64,000 nucleotides of DNA from an uncultured Gemmatimonadaceae bacterium (GTDB taxonomy: Bacteria > Gemmatimonadota > Gemmatimonadetes > Gemmatimonadales > Gemmatimonadaceae), in NCBI GenBank assembly GCA_963829055.1, contig CAWHHI010000016.1, positions 192,001-256,000 on the forward strand. The letters run 5' to 3'. Made by a program: the position numbers and the translations under genes. The notes beneath the pieces are model-generated. The model saw only the letters and a list, made by a program, of their open reading frames with translations. It had not been told where the DNA came from and did not search any database. Below, in pieces: positions 50,476 through 59,868 of this stretch. The stretch's first letter is position 1, and each line of letters starts with the position of its first letter.

Positions 50476-51476
50476 CCGCACGAGCCAACAGCTCACCACC
50501 GCTAGCCGACACACTCCGGCACATTCAGACCCCCGTCCAGGAGGGGCTGCGCGGAGTCATCGACGAGATGTGGCGAATCGTTGCCACAGACAATCCGCTC
50601 GTTACCGACGTCAACGCGCACCTGCTGCTCGCGAAGGGCAAGATGGTGCGCCCGACGCTGCTCCTGCTGGCAAGCCACGTTGACGGCGCGTCCGAGCCCC
50701 GCGCAACCACGCTCGCCGGTGTAGCCGAGCTGATCCACCTCGCGACGCTGGTGCACGACGACGCCGTCGACCATTCGGTGATGCGACGAGGCCGTCCGAC
50801 GATCAACGCCCTGTTCAGCCACCAGGTGTCCGTGATCATGGGCGATTTCCTCTACTCGCGTGCGCTCTCGGAGCTGGTGCGCCTTGGTGACATGGAGCCG
50901 CTGGCGGTGTTCACCGCGGCTTCGAACGCGCTGACGCTGGGCGAGATGCGCCAGCTCTCGGCGCTGGACGCGCTGGCGTTCACGGAGTCGGACTACGACA
51001 CGCTGATCGAGTCGAAGACCGCATCCCTGTTCGCTGCGGCCTGCGAGGTTGGTGCTGTCTGCGGCGCGCGACGCCACCGCGCTGCTCTCACGCGATTCGG
51101 CCAGCGCCTCGGCATGGCGTTCCAGGTCGCTGATGACCTGCTCGACTATACCGAGGCCCAGGAGACAACGGGCAAGCCAACCGGACTCGACCTTCGCGAG
51201 CACAAGGTCACGCTCCCGCTGATCTCTGCGCTGCGTACGATGTCCCCGGGTGCGCGGCGTCGCGTCGACGCACTGTTCGCCAATCCAGACCCGGACGACG
51301 CCTTGATCGCCGAGGTCGTCGAGATCGTGCGCGAGGAGGGTGGGCTCGAGTACGCGCGGCGTCGAGGCGAGGACTTCGCTCAGGAAGCCGAGGAGGCGCT
51401 GAGCGAGCTTCCCGAGAGCCCGTACCGGAGCTCGCTGGCGGAAGCGATCGGCTACGTCATGGACAGGCGGTCCTGA
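50472..51476 (+). CDS. Polyprenyl diphosphate synthase (IspB-like)
   Basis: GKMVRP, ELIHLATLVHDDAVD, RRG, KTA, FQVADDLLD. Confidence 0.93.
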   Translation: MTARANSSPPLADTLRHIQTPVQEGLRGVIDEMWRIVATDNPLVTDVNAHLLLAKGKMVRPTLLLLASHVDGASEPRATTLAGVAELIHLATLVHDDAVDHSVMRRGRPTINALFSHQVSVIMGDFLYSRALSELVRLGDMEPLAVFTAASNALTLGEMRQLSALDALAFTESDYDTLIESKTASLFAAACEVGAVCGARRHRAALTRFGQRLGMAFQVADDLLDYTEAQETTGKPTGLDLREHKVTLPLISALRTMSPGARRRVDALFANPDPDDALIAEVVEIVREEGGLEYARRRGEDFAQEAEEALSELPESPYRSSLAEAIGYVMDRRS

Positions 51477-51772
51477 TGGCGAGTCGGAACTCGCCGACTC
51501 GCGGCTCGTCGCGGCACCGACCGCTGTTCCACGGTGTAATATTGGCAATCGGGTTCATCGTGGGCGGCTTCATGACCCAGTTCGCCAGGAAATTCCTCCC
51601 GATAGGTGCCGTTAAGGAGTTCCTGACAACCGGGGTGACGCCATCGGTTGGCCCTCTGCCTATCGATCTCGTTATCTTGAAGTTCGCCATCGGGCCGATA
51701 GCGCTGGACGTGTCGTTGCTGAGCCTCGTCGGTGTGCTCATCGCCTATCTCATTGCGCGGTCGCTGTTCTAG
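51476..51772 (+). CDS. Small membrane protein (DUF4321-like)
   Basis: Two hydrophobic segments, GPLPIDLVILKF; TGATG overlap with the upstream gene. Confidence 0.6.
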   Translation: MASRNSPTRGSSRHRPLFHGVILAIGFIVGGFMTQFARKFLPIGAVKEFLTTGVTPSVGPLPIDLVILKFAIGPIALDVSLLSLVGVLIAYLIARSLF

Positions 51773-51780
51773 GAGACGAT

Positions 51781-52056
51781 ATGAATTTCGGGAACATGGG
51801 GTTCATGGAGATCCTCCTCATCCTCGTCGTCGTTCTCCTGCTGTTTGGCGCGAAGCGCCTACCGGAGATCGGGTCGTCGATGGGCAAGGGAATCCGCGAG
51901 TTCAAGAAGAGCATCACGGATGTCGATCGCTCGCTTCGTGAGCCGGAGCGAGACGCGCGGGTCGAGCGCGACTACGCGGCCGACCGCCTGCAGAACTCTG
52001 CGCGCGACGTGCAGCAAGAGGAAGCGCGCCCCGAGCCGAAGCGGCTGCTCAACTAA
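51781..52056 (+). CDS. tatA: Twin-arginine translocase TatA/E
   Basis: EILLILVVVLLLFGAKRLPEIGSSMGKGIREFKK; SD AGGAG. Confidence 0.95.
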   Translation: MNFGNMGFMEILLILVVVLLLFGAKRLPEIGSSMGKGIREFKKSITDVDRSLREPERDARVERDYAADRLQNSARDVQQEEARPEPKRLLN

Positions 52057-52072
52057 TCGAACGGAAGAAAGC

Positions 52073-52121
52073 GAAATCCCCCGGTCGCGATCTGAGAACA
52101 GATACGCGACCGGGGGATTCG
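52073..52121. terminator. Hairpin between convergent tatA and PPIase genes (probably bidirectional terminator)
   Basis: AATCCCCCGGTCGCG-ATCTG-AGAA-CAGAT-A-CGCGACCGGGGGATT. Confidence 0.75.
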
Positions 52122-52161
52122 TCGTTAGGTGGGGCGGCCATCCCGCCGCCGCGGCGCGTCG

Positions 52162-53988
52162 TTAGGTGGTCTGACGCGCGGCCTGCGCCAGATCTTTCCG
52201 CCGGTCGTCCAGCTTGGCGTCCGCACGAAGTTGCTGCAGGAACGCCTGAATGCGCTGCTGCCGCATTCCCTGCACGAGTTGCTGCCGCTGGATCGTCTTC
52301 TGCTTTTCCCACTCGGCACGGTCCGCATCGACCCGGCGGTCGACGCGCAGCACCACGACGCCATCCTGCGTCCGGATCGGGTTGCTGACCACTCCGATCG
52401 GCAACGAGAACGCGGCGCCAATGGCTTCGTTCAGTCGGCCCATGCCCGGCACAAACCCGCCGCGAGTGAACGCGTCGCTGCTCGTGACCTTCAGATTCTT
52501 CTGCGTCGCCGCGGCTTCGAGCGTCGATGCGGAGGCGGCGGTGGCGAATTCCTTCGCCTGCGCCACGAGGCGGTCCAGCTTCTTCTCAGTCGTCAGCGTT
52601 CGCTTGATGTCCTCGCGTGCAGCCTCGAGCGATGGCAAACCGCCGGGCGTGACGGAGTCGAGCTTCGCGAGAACGTAGCCGGCATCAGAGTCGAACAGCT
52701 CACTCGTTGCACCTGGTTTGACGCCGGAGAACGCCCACGCGCTCACGCTCGGGACGTACTGGCCGGCGATCGTCAGCGCCTCGCCTTCGACGGCAATGCC
52801 GTGCTGCGGCGTGAGCTTGAGGACCTTGGCGGCACTGTCGAAGCGCTGCGGCGTGTCCTGCAATGCGGCAATGTTCGCGAGCGAATCGGCTTTCCGATCC
52901 GTGCGACTGGCTGACGAATCGCTCTGCTGGAACTTGAGCAGGATGTGTCGAACCGCGATGGTGTCTGCCTTCTTCTCATCGACTTTGATGAGGTGAAGGC
53001 CAAACTGCGTCTCGACCGGCTCGGAGACTTGCCCCGGTGTCAGCGCGTACGCTGCCTTTTCGAAAGTGTCGACGAAACGACCGCGCGCGCCGCGACCGAG
53101 AAATCCGCCCTGCGCGCCGGAGATCGTGTCGGCCGACTCGCGCTTCGCTACGTCTTCGAACTTGGCGCCCTTCGTGATCTCATCGCGCAACGCGAGCGCG
53201 CGCGCGCGCACGGCGGCGGAGTCAGCGGCGGTGATCTGACGGGGCACCGACAAAACGGAGACGACGGCACGCCCCGGACGAGAGAGCTCCTTCTTGTGCG
53301 AGTCGTAGTACGCGCGAATGTCGGCGTCGGAGACCGTGATGCCGGAGTCCGGGATCGTCGCGGGATCGAAGCTTACGAAGCTGACCTTCGACGAGTCGTG
53401 CTGGTCGCGATAGGCGCGCCAGAGCTCATCGTCCGTGACGAAGACTTCGCTGGCGACCTGCTCGTACAGCTTCGCCTTGGGAATTTCGGAGCGGTAGTAA
53501 TTCTCGAGCTGGAAGTACAATCCCTGCTGGCGCGCGGCGGCGCTCTTCAGGAACCGCTGATACTTCTCGAGATCGAAGCGACCGTCAGTCTGCAGCTCGG
53601 GCGACTGCATGAACTGCGGCGGTGGACTGAACTGCGCCGCCTGGACGATTTCCTCGTCTGTGACGCGGATTCCACGCCGCTTGTATTCCTGATCAAGTAA
53701 AATCGACTGCACGAGCTGGTCGAACACTTCACCGCGAATCTGTTCTTCTTCATCGAGCGTCAACGACCGGCCGCGGCCTTCCTGCTCCTGCTGAATTCGT
53801 TGCTGAGCGGCCTGCATCCAAGTCGTATAGGGGATCTCGTCACCGTTGACCTTGGCAACGGCGGTTCCAGTTGTCACACGAGCGCGTCCAAGCAGTCCCG
53901 ACGTCTCGGTAAACAGGAACACGCCAATGAACACGACGACGATGAAGATCCAGATGTATTTCGCGGAGCTCCGCATTGATTGCAGCAC
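52162..53988 (-). CDS. SurA/PpiD-type peptidyl-prolyl isomerase chaperone
   Basis: MLQSMR plus N-terminal TM, AKVNGDEI, parvulin domain FEDVAKRES..GGFLG..VETQFGLHLIK. Confidence 0.9.
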   Translation of the reverse strand: MLQSMRSSAKYIWIFIVVVFIGVFLFTETSGLLGRARVTTGTAVAKVNGDEIPYTTWMQAAQQRIQQEQEGRGRSLTLDEEEQIRGEVFDQLVQSILLDQEYKRRGIRVTDEEIVQAAQFSPPPQFMQSPELQTDGRFDLEKYQRFLKSAAARQQGLYFQLENYYRSEIPKAKLYEQVASEVFVTDDELWRAYRDQHDSSKVSFVSFDPATIPDSGITVSDADIRAYYDSHKKELSRPGRAVVSVLSVPRQITAADSAAVRARALALRDEITKGAKFEDVAKRESADTISGAQGGFLGRGARGRFVDTFEKAAYALTPGQVSEPVETQFGLHLIKVDEKKADTIAVRHILLKFQQSDSSASRTDRKADSLANIAALQDTPQRFDSAAKVLKLTPQHGIAVEGEALTIAGQYVPSVSAWAFSGVKPGATSELFDSDAGYVLAKLDSVTPGGLPSLEAAREDIKRTLTTEKKLDRLVAQAKEFATAASASTLEAAATQKNLKVTSSDAFTRGGFVPGMGRLNEAIGAAFSLPIGVVSNPIRTQDGVVVLRVDRRVDADRAEWEKQKTIQRQQLVQGMRQQRIQAFLQQLRADAKLDDRRKDLAQAARQTT

Positions 53989-54058
53989 GGCGCGTTACTC
54001 CTGATCGTAAAGACAGGGTGTGTCGGGCGACGAAAAACGGGGTGAGGACAGGACGCGA

Positions 54059-54088
54059 ATAGTAGGCGCTGGCAGCAGCTAAAATCAA
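54059..54088 (-). promoter_or_regulatory. Candidate sigma-70 promoter for the PPIase gene
   Basis: Minus strand TTGATT-N18-TACTAT. Confidence 0.4.
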
Positions 54089-54107
54089 GAGAGAGTGTCA
54101 CTTCTGA

Positions 54108-54135
54108 TTGACTTGGGTCGTCAGAAGAATATACT
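54108..54135 (+). promoter_or_regulatory. Candidate sigma-70 promoter for the TPR-aroQ-accB operon
   Basis: TTGACT-N16-TATACT in the divergent intergenic region. Confidence 0.55.
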
Positions 54136-54183
54136 TCGAACGGTCTCGCCGCCCGGATCGCGCGGCGTCCCAGAGGGCAATGA

Positions 54184-56511
54184 ATGGCTAGCACCGCCCG
54201 GCTCGACGAGCTGAAGAAAAAATTCGACGAGAACCCGCGACGCTACTTCGCCCCACTGGCGAACGAGCACCGCAAGTCCGGTGATCTGGACCAGGCAATC
54301 TCGCTCTGTCGAGCCCATCTTCCGCTGCAACCCGCGCACATCAGCGGTCATATCGTTCTCGCCCAGGCCTTGTTCGAGGCCGGGAGCGTCGATGAGTCTC
54401 GCGACATCTTCCTCGCTGCTCTCGGACTCGATCCCGAGAACCTGATCGCGCTTCGCTACCTCGGCGACATCGCACGGGAAACGAACGATGTGGACACGGC
54501 ACGTTCCTGGTACCAGCGCGTGCTCGAAGTTGATCCGCGCAACGACGAGATCGTGCAGATGGTTCGCGACCTCGATGCGCCGCGACCAGTCGTCGCCGAG
54601 CCGGACGTCGCGCCCGAGCCAGAAGCTGCTACACCGACCTCCGTCGCACCGGTACCGCAGACTCCGCTGGCGGAAGATCCGCGTTACGCGCCGTTGTCGA
54701 TGGAGAACTTCGAAGTCGGCGCAGAAGACCACGCGCAGTCAGACGCTGCACCGACGGTAGACCTGCCGATGCTCGACACGGCGGACATCGATCCATTCGA
54801 TCTGCATCCGTCGGCGAGCGCGGAATCACTCTTCGAGGTGGCCCCAGACGCGGCCAGCGAAGACTTCTTCCTCACCGAGCTGTCGGGCGTGGACGCGCAC
54901 GAAGACGTGGGCGAACCGGCCGAAGCGCAGTCGGACAACGTGTGGTCAACCGCGCCTGCCGAGGCGCCGCCGGCAGCGCCATCGCCTGCTGCCGAAACAG
55001 AAGCCGCAGCGTTCGAAGAGGGAGCATTCTACGTCGACGAGGCGCCCGGCGTGCCCGCGGGTGCGAACGAGCCATCGTCGGTGCATGCGCCGAACGCCGA
55101 AGAGGCTGCGACGATCACGGCGTCAGCGACGCCGGTCGTGCACGCCGCTCCAATCGACGACGAAGCGTTCGACGCGTTTGAAGTGCCGTCCGCCGAAGCA
55201 ACGGAGGTCGTGCATAACGCCGAAGCCGTCCAGATGGCCGAAGGCGCGCATAACGCGGACGCTGATAGTCACAGGGACAGCGATCATAACGCGGAAGCGA
55301 TGGCGCTGTTCGCGGACAGCGACACCGCCGAGTCGCAACTGCCTGCGGGGGCTGTCGACGAAGCGTTCGGGCTCGAAGTCATGGAGTTCGTGCCGCCGTC
55401 GAGCGGACTGCCGTCGGCCGTCGGCGAGCTCACGTCCGCTCACGAGTTGTCGAGCGATGCCGACCCGTTGGTTGGCCGCAACCCGGAGCTGGCGTCGGTC
55501 GAGCAGGCGAGTACACCTGCCGCGTTCGTGACGGAGACGATGGCGGAGCTGTACCTGCAGCAGGGATTCAGGAACGAAGCGCTCGCGGTGTATCGCGAGT
55601 TGCTGGCGCGCAACCCGACGGACGCGAGCTTGCGTGAGCGCGTCGAGCAGATCGAGAACGGTTCCATGTCGAGCATCGGCATGGCCACGCTCTCGGAGAA
55701 CGTCGTCGACTCCGCGCTCAAGCGACAGGCGGGCCGCTCGTCGCGTTCCGTCCGGTCGTTCTTCGCTTCGCTCGCCAGCCGGCGGGCGCCACGGAGCGCG
55801 GGGCACGAGCACGAGCCGGCCGACGCGAGTTCCACCGAGCCAGAGGCGTTCGACGTCGAGCAGACTGACACGTCCGAGGCGGTGGCCATGTCCGATCTCG
55901 CGCAGCCGTCCGAGCCGGCCGCGGAGATCGTTCAACCGGCCGAGCCGCAGCGCGTCACTCAGCTGTCGGCGGCGGAGACGTTGGCGTCGTTCGACCCCTT
56001 CGCGGACACGATGGAAATGCCGACGGAACCGTCCGCCATGCCGAACTCCGTCGCGCCTAACGCCACGCCGGCCGAGGAATCGAGTGTCGTGCCGGAAATC
56101 GACTACGTAGCCGAGTCGTTCGCTCCGCCAACGGCGGAAGCCGAACCGACGGCGGCGGGCCGCTCGCTCGAGGACCTGTTCCCGGACACGCCAGTCACGC
56201 CACGCACCGAGGCGGCCGCCCAGGCATTCGCGACGGCGTTTGGGCGCGATGAGCCGCAAGGTCGTCCGACGCGCGCGGCGAGCAACGAGCTATCGCTCGA
56301 TCACGTCTTCCGTGGTGCGCCAGAGGGCGGTCCGCCGGCGGACGGCGGCTTCTCCTTCGACCAGTTCTTCTCCGATTCGCGGCCCGCGGGCGGTGGCGAC
56401 GTCGCAGCGGCCCCGATCTCGGCGCCACATCACGGGCGCGGTGGGCCGCCGAACGACGCGCACGACATCGAACAGTTCACCGCCTGGCTCGAAGGCCTCA
56501 AGAAGAAGTGA
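54184..56511 (+). CDS. TPR protein with long acidic disordered regions
   Basis: N-terminal FAPLANEHRKSG TPRs, internal TETMAELYLQQG TPR, C-terminal FTAWLEGLKKK. Confidence 0.8.
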   Translation: MASTARLDELKKKFDENPRRYFAPLANEHRKSGDLDQAISLCRAHLPLQPAHISGHIVLAQALFEAGSVDESRDIFLAALGLDPENLIALRYLGDIARETNDVDTARSWYQRVLEVDPRNDEIVQMVRDLDAPRPVVAEPDVAPEPEAATPTSVAPVPQTPLAEDPRYAPLSMENFEVGAEDHAQSDAAPTVDLPMLDTADIDPFDLHPSASAESLFEVAPDAASEDFFLTELSGVDAHEDVGEPAEAQSDNVWSTAPAEAPPAAPSPAAETEAAAFEEGAFYVDEAPGVPAGANEPSSVHAPNAEEAATITASATPVVHAAPIDDEAFDAFEVPSAEATEVVHNAEAVQMAEGAHNADADSHRDSDHNAEAMALFADSDTAESQLPAGAVDEAFGLEVMEFVPPSSGLPSAVGELTSAHELSSDADPLVGRNPELASVEQASTPAAFVTETMAELYLQQGFRNEALAVYRELLARNPTDASLRERVEQIENGSMSSIGMATLSENVVDSALKRQAGRSSRSVRSFFASLASRRAPRSAGHEHEPADASSTEPEAFDVEQTDTSEAVAMSDLAQPSEPAAEIVQPAEPQRVTQLSAAETLASFDPFADTMEMPTEPSAMPNSVAPNATPAEESSVVPEIDYVAESFAPPTAEAEPTAAGRSLEDLFPDTPVTPRTEAAAQAFATAFGRDEPQGRPTRAASNELSLDHVFRGAPEGGPPADGGFSFDQFFSDSRPAGGGDVAAAPISAPHHGRGGPPNDAHDIEQFTAWLEGLKKK

Positions 56512-56948
56512 GGATCGCTGTCCTCAACGGGCCGAACCTGAATCTGCTCGGCACACGCGAACCGGCGATCTACGGCAGCACAACGCTGGCGCAGATCGAG
56601 GCGCGGCTGCGCGACGTGGGGCGCGAGCTCCACGTCGACGTCGAGTGCCAGCAGCATAACGGGGAAGGCGCGCTGATCGACGCGATCCAGGCGCTCCGCG
56701 GAAACACGGACGCGGCGATCATCAACGCCGGCGCGTACAGCCACACGAGCCTGGCGATTCGCGATGCGTTCGCGGCCGTGGAGATACCGTTCGTGGAAGT
56801 GCACCTAACGAACATCTACGCGCGCGAGCCCGAGCGTCGTCACTCGACGTTGGCGTCGGGCGCGCGTGCGGTTCTCGTCGGCTTCGGCGCTGTGGGCTAC
56901 GAGCTCGCCCTCCGCGGCCTCGCCGCGACGCTGCCGTCGCGTGTCTGA
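56508..56948 (+). CDS. aroQ: Type II 3-dehydroquinate dehydratase
   Basis: LNGPNLNLLGTREPAIYG, INAGAYSHTS, EVHLTN. Confidence 0.96.
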   Translation: MRIAVLNGPNLNLLGTREPAIYGSTTLAQIEARLRDVGRELHVDVECQQHNGEGALIDAIQALRGNTDAAIINAGAYSHTSLAIRDAFAAVEIPFVEVHLTNIYAREPERRHSTLASGARAVLVGFGAVGYELALRGLAATLPSRV

Positions 56949-58029
56949 TCGACGCGCCCAGCGCCTCGCCGCGCTCGTCGATTCGCTGAGCGTCGCCCAT
57001 CTCGATGGGCTGCTCGTCACGAGCCTGCCGAGCATCCGCTACCTCACCGGCTTTTCGGGTACGAGCGCGCTGTTGTTCGTCAGCGCCCGTGACGTCCTGC
57101 TGATCACGGACTTCCGCTATCAGACCCAGGTGCGCACCGAGGTCGGCGATCTCGCGCGCGTCGCTGTCGAAGGACAGAGCCTGTGGTCGGGGCTGTGGCA
57201 GTTTCTCGCGCACGCGCCGTACGTGGAGGTGGCCGGCTTCGAATCCGCGCACCTCATGCATCGCGATTTTCAGCGTCTGGTCGAAGCCGGCCCACGACCG
57301 CGATGGCGCGCGACGACCGATCTCGTGGAGGCCCTGCGCGAACGCAAAGACGCTGACGAGGTCGAGCAGATTCGCGAGGCTGCCGCGATGGCGACGGGCG
57401 CACTCGAGAAGACGCTCCCGGCGATTCGTGTGGGCATGACGGAGCTCGAGGTTGCCGGCGTGCTCGAGAAGTGTCTTCGCGACGCAGGAAGCGAGGCGTT
57501 CCCGTTTCCGTCGATTGTCGCGTCGGGTGAGCGATCCGCGCTCCCGCACGCGCGATCGTCTTCGCGGCGAATCGGTGACGGTGAGTTTCTCCTCATGGAT
57601 TTTGGCGCCGCCTCGAACGGATACTGTGCCAATGTCACCCGTACAGTAGTCATTGGGAAAGCAACCGATGAGCAGCGTGCCGTCTACGCTGTGGTACGGC
57701 AGGCGAACGAGCTGGCTGCAGGCGAGGTCCGTGCTGGATTACGGGGGCGAGAGGCGGATGCGCTCGCGCGTGACTACATTGAGCGCTGTGGGTACGGTGA
57801 GGAGTTCGGCCACGGGCTCGGGCACGGGTTAGGGATCGAAGTGCACGAAGCTCCGCGGCTCGCACGGACTGCCGATGGAGTGTTGTCGTCTGGCGCGGTC
57901 GTAACGATCGAGCCGGGCATCTATCGGCCGGGCTGGGGAGGCGTTCGCATCGAGGATGACGTGCACCTCGCGGCGGATGGTCCCGAGCTCCTCACGCAGT
58001 TCACCCACGAGCTTCTGGAGCTCGCGTGA
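56941..58029 (+). CDS. Xaa-Pro peptidase (M24B)
   Basis: RYLTGFSG, LPHA, DFGA, HGLGHGLG, TIEPGIY, GVRIEDD. Confidence 0.92.
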   Translation: MSDRRAQRLAALVDSLSVAHLDGLLVTSLPSIRYLTGFSGTSALLFVSARDVLLITDFRYQTQVRTEVGDLARVAVEGQSLWSGLWQFLAHAPYVEVAGFESAHLMHRDFQRLVEAGPRPRWRATTDLVEALRERKDADEVEQIREAAAMATGALEKTLPAIRVGMTELEVAGVLEKCLRDAGSEAFPFPSIVASGERSALPHARSSSRRIGDGEFLLMDFGAASNGYCANVTRTVVIGKATDEQRAVYAVVRQANELAAGEVRAGLRGREADALARDYIERCGYGEEFGHGLGHGLGIEVHEAPRLARTADGVLSSGAVVTIEPGIYRPGWGGVRIEDDVHLAADGPELLTQFTHELLELA

Positions 58030-58061
58030 ACCCGGAAGGGAGCCACTCGTCCATTAGGGAT

Positions 58062-58574
58062 ATGATCGACTTACGCTACGTCAAGAAGCTCATCGAGATG
58101 ATGGATGGATCCTCTGTCGATTCGGTGGAGATCACCAGCGACAAGGGCATGAAGATCCGTATCTCGAAGACACCGCAGCAGCGCGGCACGGTGCAGATCC
58201 CAACGCCTGTGCCAATGCCCGCGCTTCTTCCGGCGGCCGTGCCGACGCAGTCCCGCACGACGCCGGCGGATGGCATGCCTTCGGTGTCGGAGAGCGAGGC
58301 GCCGCCGCGTGCGGAGGCGCCCAAGACGAAGCTGTTGGAAGTGAAATCGCCGATGGTCGGCACGTACTACGGAGCGCCGGAACCGGGCGCGAAGCCGTAC
58401 GTCGCTGTGGGTTCCCGGATCGCCAAGGGACAGATCCTCTGCATCATCGAGGCGATGAAGATCATGAACGAGATCGAGTCGGAGTTCTCTGGCGTCGTCA
58501 CGGAAGTCGCGGCTCAGGACGCGCACCCCGTCGAGTACGGGCAAGTGCTCTTCAGGATAGATCCCAATGGCTAA
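58062..58574 (+). CDS. accB: Acetyl-CoA carboxylase biotin carboxyl carrier protein
   Basis: SPMVGT, biotinylation motif EAMKIMN, VEYGQ. Confidence 0.96.
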   Translation: MIDLRYVKKLIEMMDGSSVDSVEITSDKGMKIRISKTPQQRGTVQIPTPVPMPALLPAAVPTQSRTTPADGMPSVSESEAPPRAEAPKTKLLEVKSPMVGTYYGAPEPGAKPYVAVGSRIAKGQILCIIEAMKIMNEIESEFSGVVTEVAAQDAHPVEYGQVLFRIDPNG

Positions 58575-59739
58575 TCCGGTCGTGCAGGACCAGGAAGCGG
58601 CAGCACCACAACCGCGTGCCGCGTTCAACTTCAAGGCGATCCTGCAGCAGATGGTGCAGCTGAACGCCTCCGACCTTCACCTGAAGGTCGGGCGTCCACC
58701 AACGCTTCGCGTGAACGGAGACCTGTCGCCGCTTCCGTTGCCGGCGCTCCGCCCCGAGGACCTCACGGCCCTCGCGAAAGAGCTGATGACGCCGAAGCAG
58801 GTGAAGGAATTCAGCGAGTATCGCGAGGCGGACTTCGCGACCGGCGTCCCGGGCATCGGGCGCTTCCGCGTCAACGCCTATCAGCAGCGCGGGACCATCG
58901 CGTTCGCGCTCCGAACCATCCCGCACACCGCGAAGACGGTCGGTGAGTTGAACCTGCCGGCTGTCGTCGAGGAGATCTCGATGCGTCCGCGCGGGCTCGT
59001 GCTCGTCACGGGCATCACCGGTTCCGGCAAGTCGACGGCGTTGGCGTCGATGATCCAGCACGTCAACGAGCGCCGCTACGCGAACATCATCACGATCGAA
59101 GATCCGATCGAGTTCCTGCACCGCGACAACCGCTGCCACATCAATCAGCGCGAGGTCGGAACGGACACCGGCAGCTTCGCGCAGGCGTTGCGCCGCGTGC
59201 TGCGTCAGGATCCCGACGTCATTCTGCTCGGTGAGATTCGAGACCTCGATACGCTCGAGACGGCGCTCAAGGCCGCCGACACGGGCCACCTCGTGTTCTC
59301 CACGCTGCACACGACGGACGCGACGCAGACGATCAACCGCGTGCTGTCCTTCTACCCGCCTCACCAGCAGTCGGAAGTCCGCTTCGCGCTGTCGACGGCG
59401 CTGGCCGCGGTCATCTCGCTCCGACTGGTGCCGCGCGCCGACCGACCAGGCCGCGTGCCCGCAGCCGAAGTGCTGATCAACACTGCTGCGGTGCGCGAGC
59501 AGATTCGCGATCTCAACGCGACGCTCAACATTCCGGACCTGATCAAGGAAGGACAGTCGCAGTACGGGATGCAGAGCTTCGACCAGTCGCTCATGCAGTG
59601 GTACACGAAGGGGGTCATCTCGTACGAGAGCGCCCTGTTCTACGCCAGCAATCCGAGCGAGTTCGCTCTGCGCGTGCAAGGCGTGGCCGGGTCCAGCGAC
59701 ACGAGCTGGGACGGATTCCAGACCGGGACGGCGCCGTGA
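58567..59739 (+). CDS. pilT: Type IV pilus retraction ATPase (PilT/PilU family)
   Basis: ASDLHL, GRFRVN, GITGSGKST, TIEDPIE, LRQDPDVIL.GEIRD, TGHLVFSTLHT. Confidence 0.9.
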   Translation: MANPVVQDQEAAAPQPRAAFNFKAILQQMVQLNASDLHLKVGRPPTLRVNGDLSPLPLPALRPEDLTALAKELMTPKQVKEFSEYREADFATGVPGIGRFRVNAYQQRGTIAFALRTIPHTAKTVGELNLPAVVEEISMRPRGLVLVTGITGSGKSTALASMIQHVNERRYANIITIEDPIEFLHRDNRCHINQREVGTDTGSFAQALRRVLRQDPDVILLGEIRDLDTLETALKAADTGHLVFSTLHTTDATQTINRVLSFYPPHQQSEVRFALSTALAAVISLRLVPRADRPGRVPAAEVLINTAAVREQIRDLNATLNIPDLIKEGQSQYGMQSFDQSLMQWYTKGVISYESALFYASNPSEFALRVQGVAGSSDTSWDGFQTGTAP

Positions 59740-59868
59740 GTTGAACGCGCCCCGGCGCCGCTGCATGTTCTGGATCCACCTGATCACTGCGAACCGACTG
59801 CCGTCGAGCGTAAGTTTACCGCTCGCGGCGCACTCGGCCGCTTACCACCAGGCCGACGGCTCCGCTGC

